Source: Negaprion brevirostris (lineage: Eukaryota). From it: 64,000 nt of DNA. Location: contig JARDVH010000193.1 in assembly GCA_030324005.1 (NCBI GenBank), positions 34,562,226-34,626,225 of the forward strand. The letters are read 5' to 3'. The notes below the pieces were generated by a model that did not search any database, was not told where the DNA came from, and saw nothing but the letters and a program-made list of their open reading frames with translations. The position numbers and the translations under genes are program-made. Shown piece after piece: positions 61,701-64,000 of the stretch. Positions within the stretch are counted from its first letter, which is position 1; each line of letters begins with the position of its first letter.

Positions 61701-62974
61701 TTCTGTATTCCAGGTTAATACTGGTTGAGGCAGACATTGTTTTATTTTATTCCAAATTGTACAGATAAAATGCGTAAGAATTTTTGAACAAGTAATGCCT
61801 GAGGTAAAAGTAATTAATGGCCACACACNNNNNNNNNNNNNNNNNNNNNNNNNNNNNNNNNNNNNNNNNNNNNNNNNNNNNNNNNNNNNNNNNNNNNNNN
61901 NNNNNNNNNNNNNNNNNNNNNNNNNNNNNNNNNNNNNNNNNNNNNNNNNNNNNNNNNNNNNNNNNNNNNNNNNNNNNNNNNNNNNNNNNNNNNNNNNNNN
62001 NNNNNNNNNNNNNNNNNNNNNNNNNNNNNNNNNNNNNNNNNNNNNNNNNNNNNNNNNNNNNNNNNTTATGTTCATAAGAACTTTAACTTTAAACCCTCTT
62101 AAATTTCCCTTGTTTCACTGTTTAGTCAATTCATGGCACAGTCTGTTACTTCATCAGCTACTGCCCCCAACGCCCTCACAACAGCTGTGGGCTTAATTAT
62201 CAAAATAGCAGTTTAATAGTCTCGTAACTGAACTCACTTCACAACACGCTAATGGAGATGCTACACAGATTTCTTTTACACCTTTCCCCAGATTTACTAA
62301 TAAGGTATGCATAAGTAGAGCTATCTCTATCATTACCATTTACTAATAAAAGCATCTTCCTCCCACCACCATTAATTCCTTGTATATAGCTTTTATTCAC
62401 AAGACTCTTTCACATGCATGTACACTTAAATGGTCAAGGTTCCTACGCACAAAATCTCAGTGGGTACTGCATTATCAGAGTATCATTAGATAGTCTAATG
62501 CATTTGTTTTATTATTAGTTAAGACACTGTAAGTAACTCTTACACAGCCAGATTTTCCTTCTCTCAAAAATTATTTATGACTTCTAATTTTAATGCAAAG
62601 TGATTTTAGATTTATGGGGAAATAGTCCAAAAGTAGATGAAACTGTTCACAGCCACATAATATATTGTTTTAGGATGCTCCATTTTGCACCTCAATCTAA
62701 AAAATATGATTCATAATTCACAGAAAATATTTCCATGTTTAAAATCATAATGACAGTGAGTTTTGAGTTTAAGAATCCCTTATAGATCTTGGAAGCTCCT
62801 TTCAGAATTTAAAAATATATATTTTATCTCCAATACTTTCAGCAGTGAGGTAGGATTAATTTTACCAATGCAATTGTACATAGCAAATAACAGGATACAT
62901 TGTTTCAGAAGGACAACTGCATTAAATCACATATGCACAACAGTCCTGTTCCACTATTAAAGAAATAGTGTATG

Positions 62975-63161
62975 ATCATGTCCTCAGAACGTCCCCAAGC
63001 AATATACATCCAATGGATTCCCTTTTGTAAAGTGGTCACTGTTGTGTAGGTAAGTACGGCAGATAATTTGTGTATAGCCGGGCAACCAGCAAATGAATAA
63101 ACAACTAGATAAATCTGTTTTTATTGTGTTGGGTTAGGGAGGAATTTTGGGACAGGAAACA
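62975..63161 (-). mobile_element. 3' half of a Deu-domain SINE
   Basis: 'aacgtccccaagc...gtggtcactgttgtgtagg...tgttgggttagggaggaattttgggacagga'. Confidence 0.55.
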
Positions 63162-63889
63162 NNNNNNNNNNNGTTATGGTATCACTTTGGCAACCCAGAG
63201 GTCATGAATTCACAGCATTGTTATGAACAGCCTGACAAGCTTCTGTTGCACTCTTGTAAACAAGTTGCAATTGCTACCGATATAGAAACTTTGCACCATT
63301 CCCATCTATTGTACGATCGCTTTGCTGTAGGTTTTGAAAAGGGAAATTTTCTACAATGTACTTGCCATACCAATAATTTGGTACATTAAAATAGGAGATA
63401 CAAAGTTGTAACGTTACAATTGTTCTATGTAATGGTGATTCAGTCCATGAATCTCAATAAATTGAATGCTTTCGCTGTTCATGGCCATTTACATCCATAT
63501 TTACACAAATAATTTGTTTGGAATTATTCCATGGAATTTCATTCTTGAGAACGTATTGTATTTTGAACTATACCTGACACTTCAATGACTCACCATCATC
63601 ACCTTGGTTAGATTAAGCAGGTAACCATTATTATTTAGATCATATAACTTACGGATAAAATGCTGCAAAGGAACATTGTTTCCTTAGGTAATGTACGAGA
63701 AATAAAACTAATTAAGCCATGTGTGCATGTCAACACAGGAACAAATTAATTATTAGGATTTTTGCAAGTTGAATTAACTGATTATTACAATTAGAGGCTT
63801 AGGGTTGGGGGCTGGCGAATGCATACACAGAAGAACCCAGCAGACATCTTCACATTTCTGAATTCAAACTTCCTTTAAAAAAGCGTTTG

Positions 63890-64000
63890 TCATTGCAAAT
63901 GTTACATCCATGTTCAAAAAAGGAACAGAGGGGTAAACCCAACAACTGTAGGTCAGTCAGCCTTACGTCAATGATGAGGAATAGTTTTGAGACAAAGTCC
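63890..64000 (+). mobile_element. CR1 RT fragment
   Basis: ANVTSMFKKG...PNNCRSVSLTS resembles ANVTP.FKKG...PGNYRPVSLTS. Confidence 0.8.

Noticed and set aside
57122-63710. Chain of minus-strand segments with good donors (about 63652, 58497, 57970) that can be joined in frame
   Set aside because: The acceptors lack polypyrimidine tracts (aattag, aatatag), the peptide resembles nothing I know, and chance joins are expected in 7 kb of AT-rich DNA.

Overview
Vertebrate genomic DNA from a short-read scaffold with many N gaps. The SINE/LINE families present (HE1-type V-SINEs, Deu-domain SINEs, CR1, L2, Rex-Babar, Tx1, Penelope-like, Harbinger remnants) point to a cartilaginous fish, most likely a shark. 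The only host coding sequence I can support is one 132-bp, phase 1-1 exon on the minus strand (8838-8969), missed by the ORF track. It encodes [44 protein letters not shown](V), i.e. zinc finger 28 and the start of finger 29 of ZNF423 (OAZ/EBFAZ). The rest of the window is therefore intronic to ZNF423: transposon debris interleaved with repeat-poor, motif-dense blocks that look like conserved enhancers. I see no multi-gene novel system. The most interesting signals are: three Tx1-like LINE 3' ends stacked at one repeated 13-bp target; an inverted pair of Deu-SINEs sharing derived changes; paired EBF-like sites and other motif clusters inside an EBF-partner gene; one SINE body carrying two different tails; a reciprocally deleted tandem duplication around a Gypsy remnant; and a decayed Penelope hammerhead ribozyme split by a MITE. 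Repeat family names and boundaries were assigned by eye and from memory of consensus sequences, so they are approximate.
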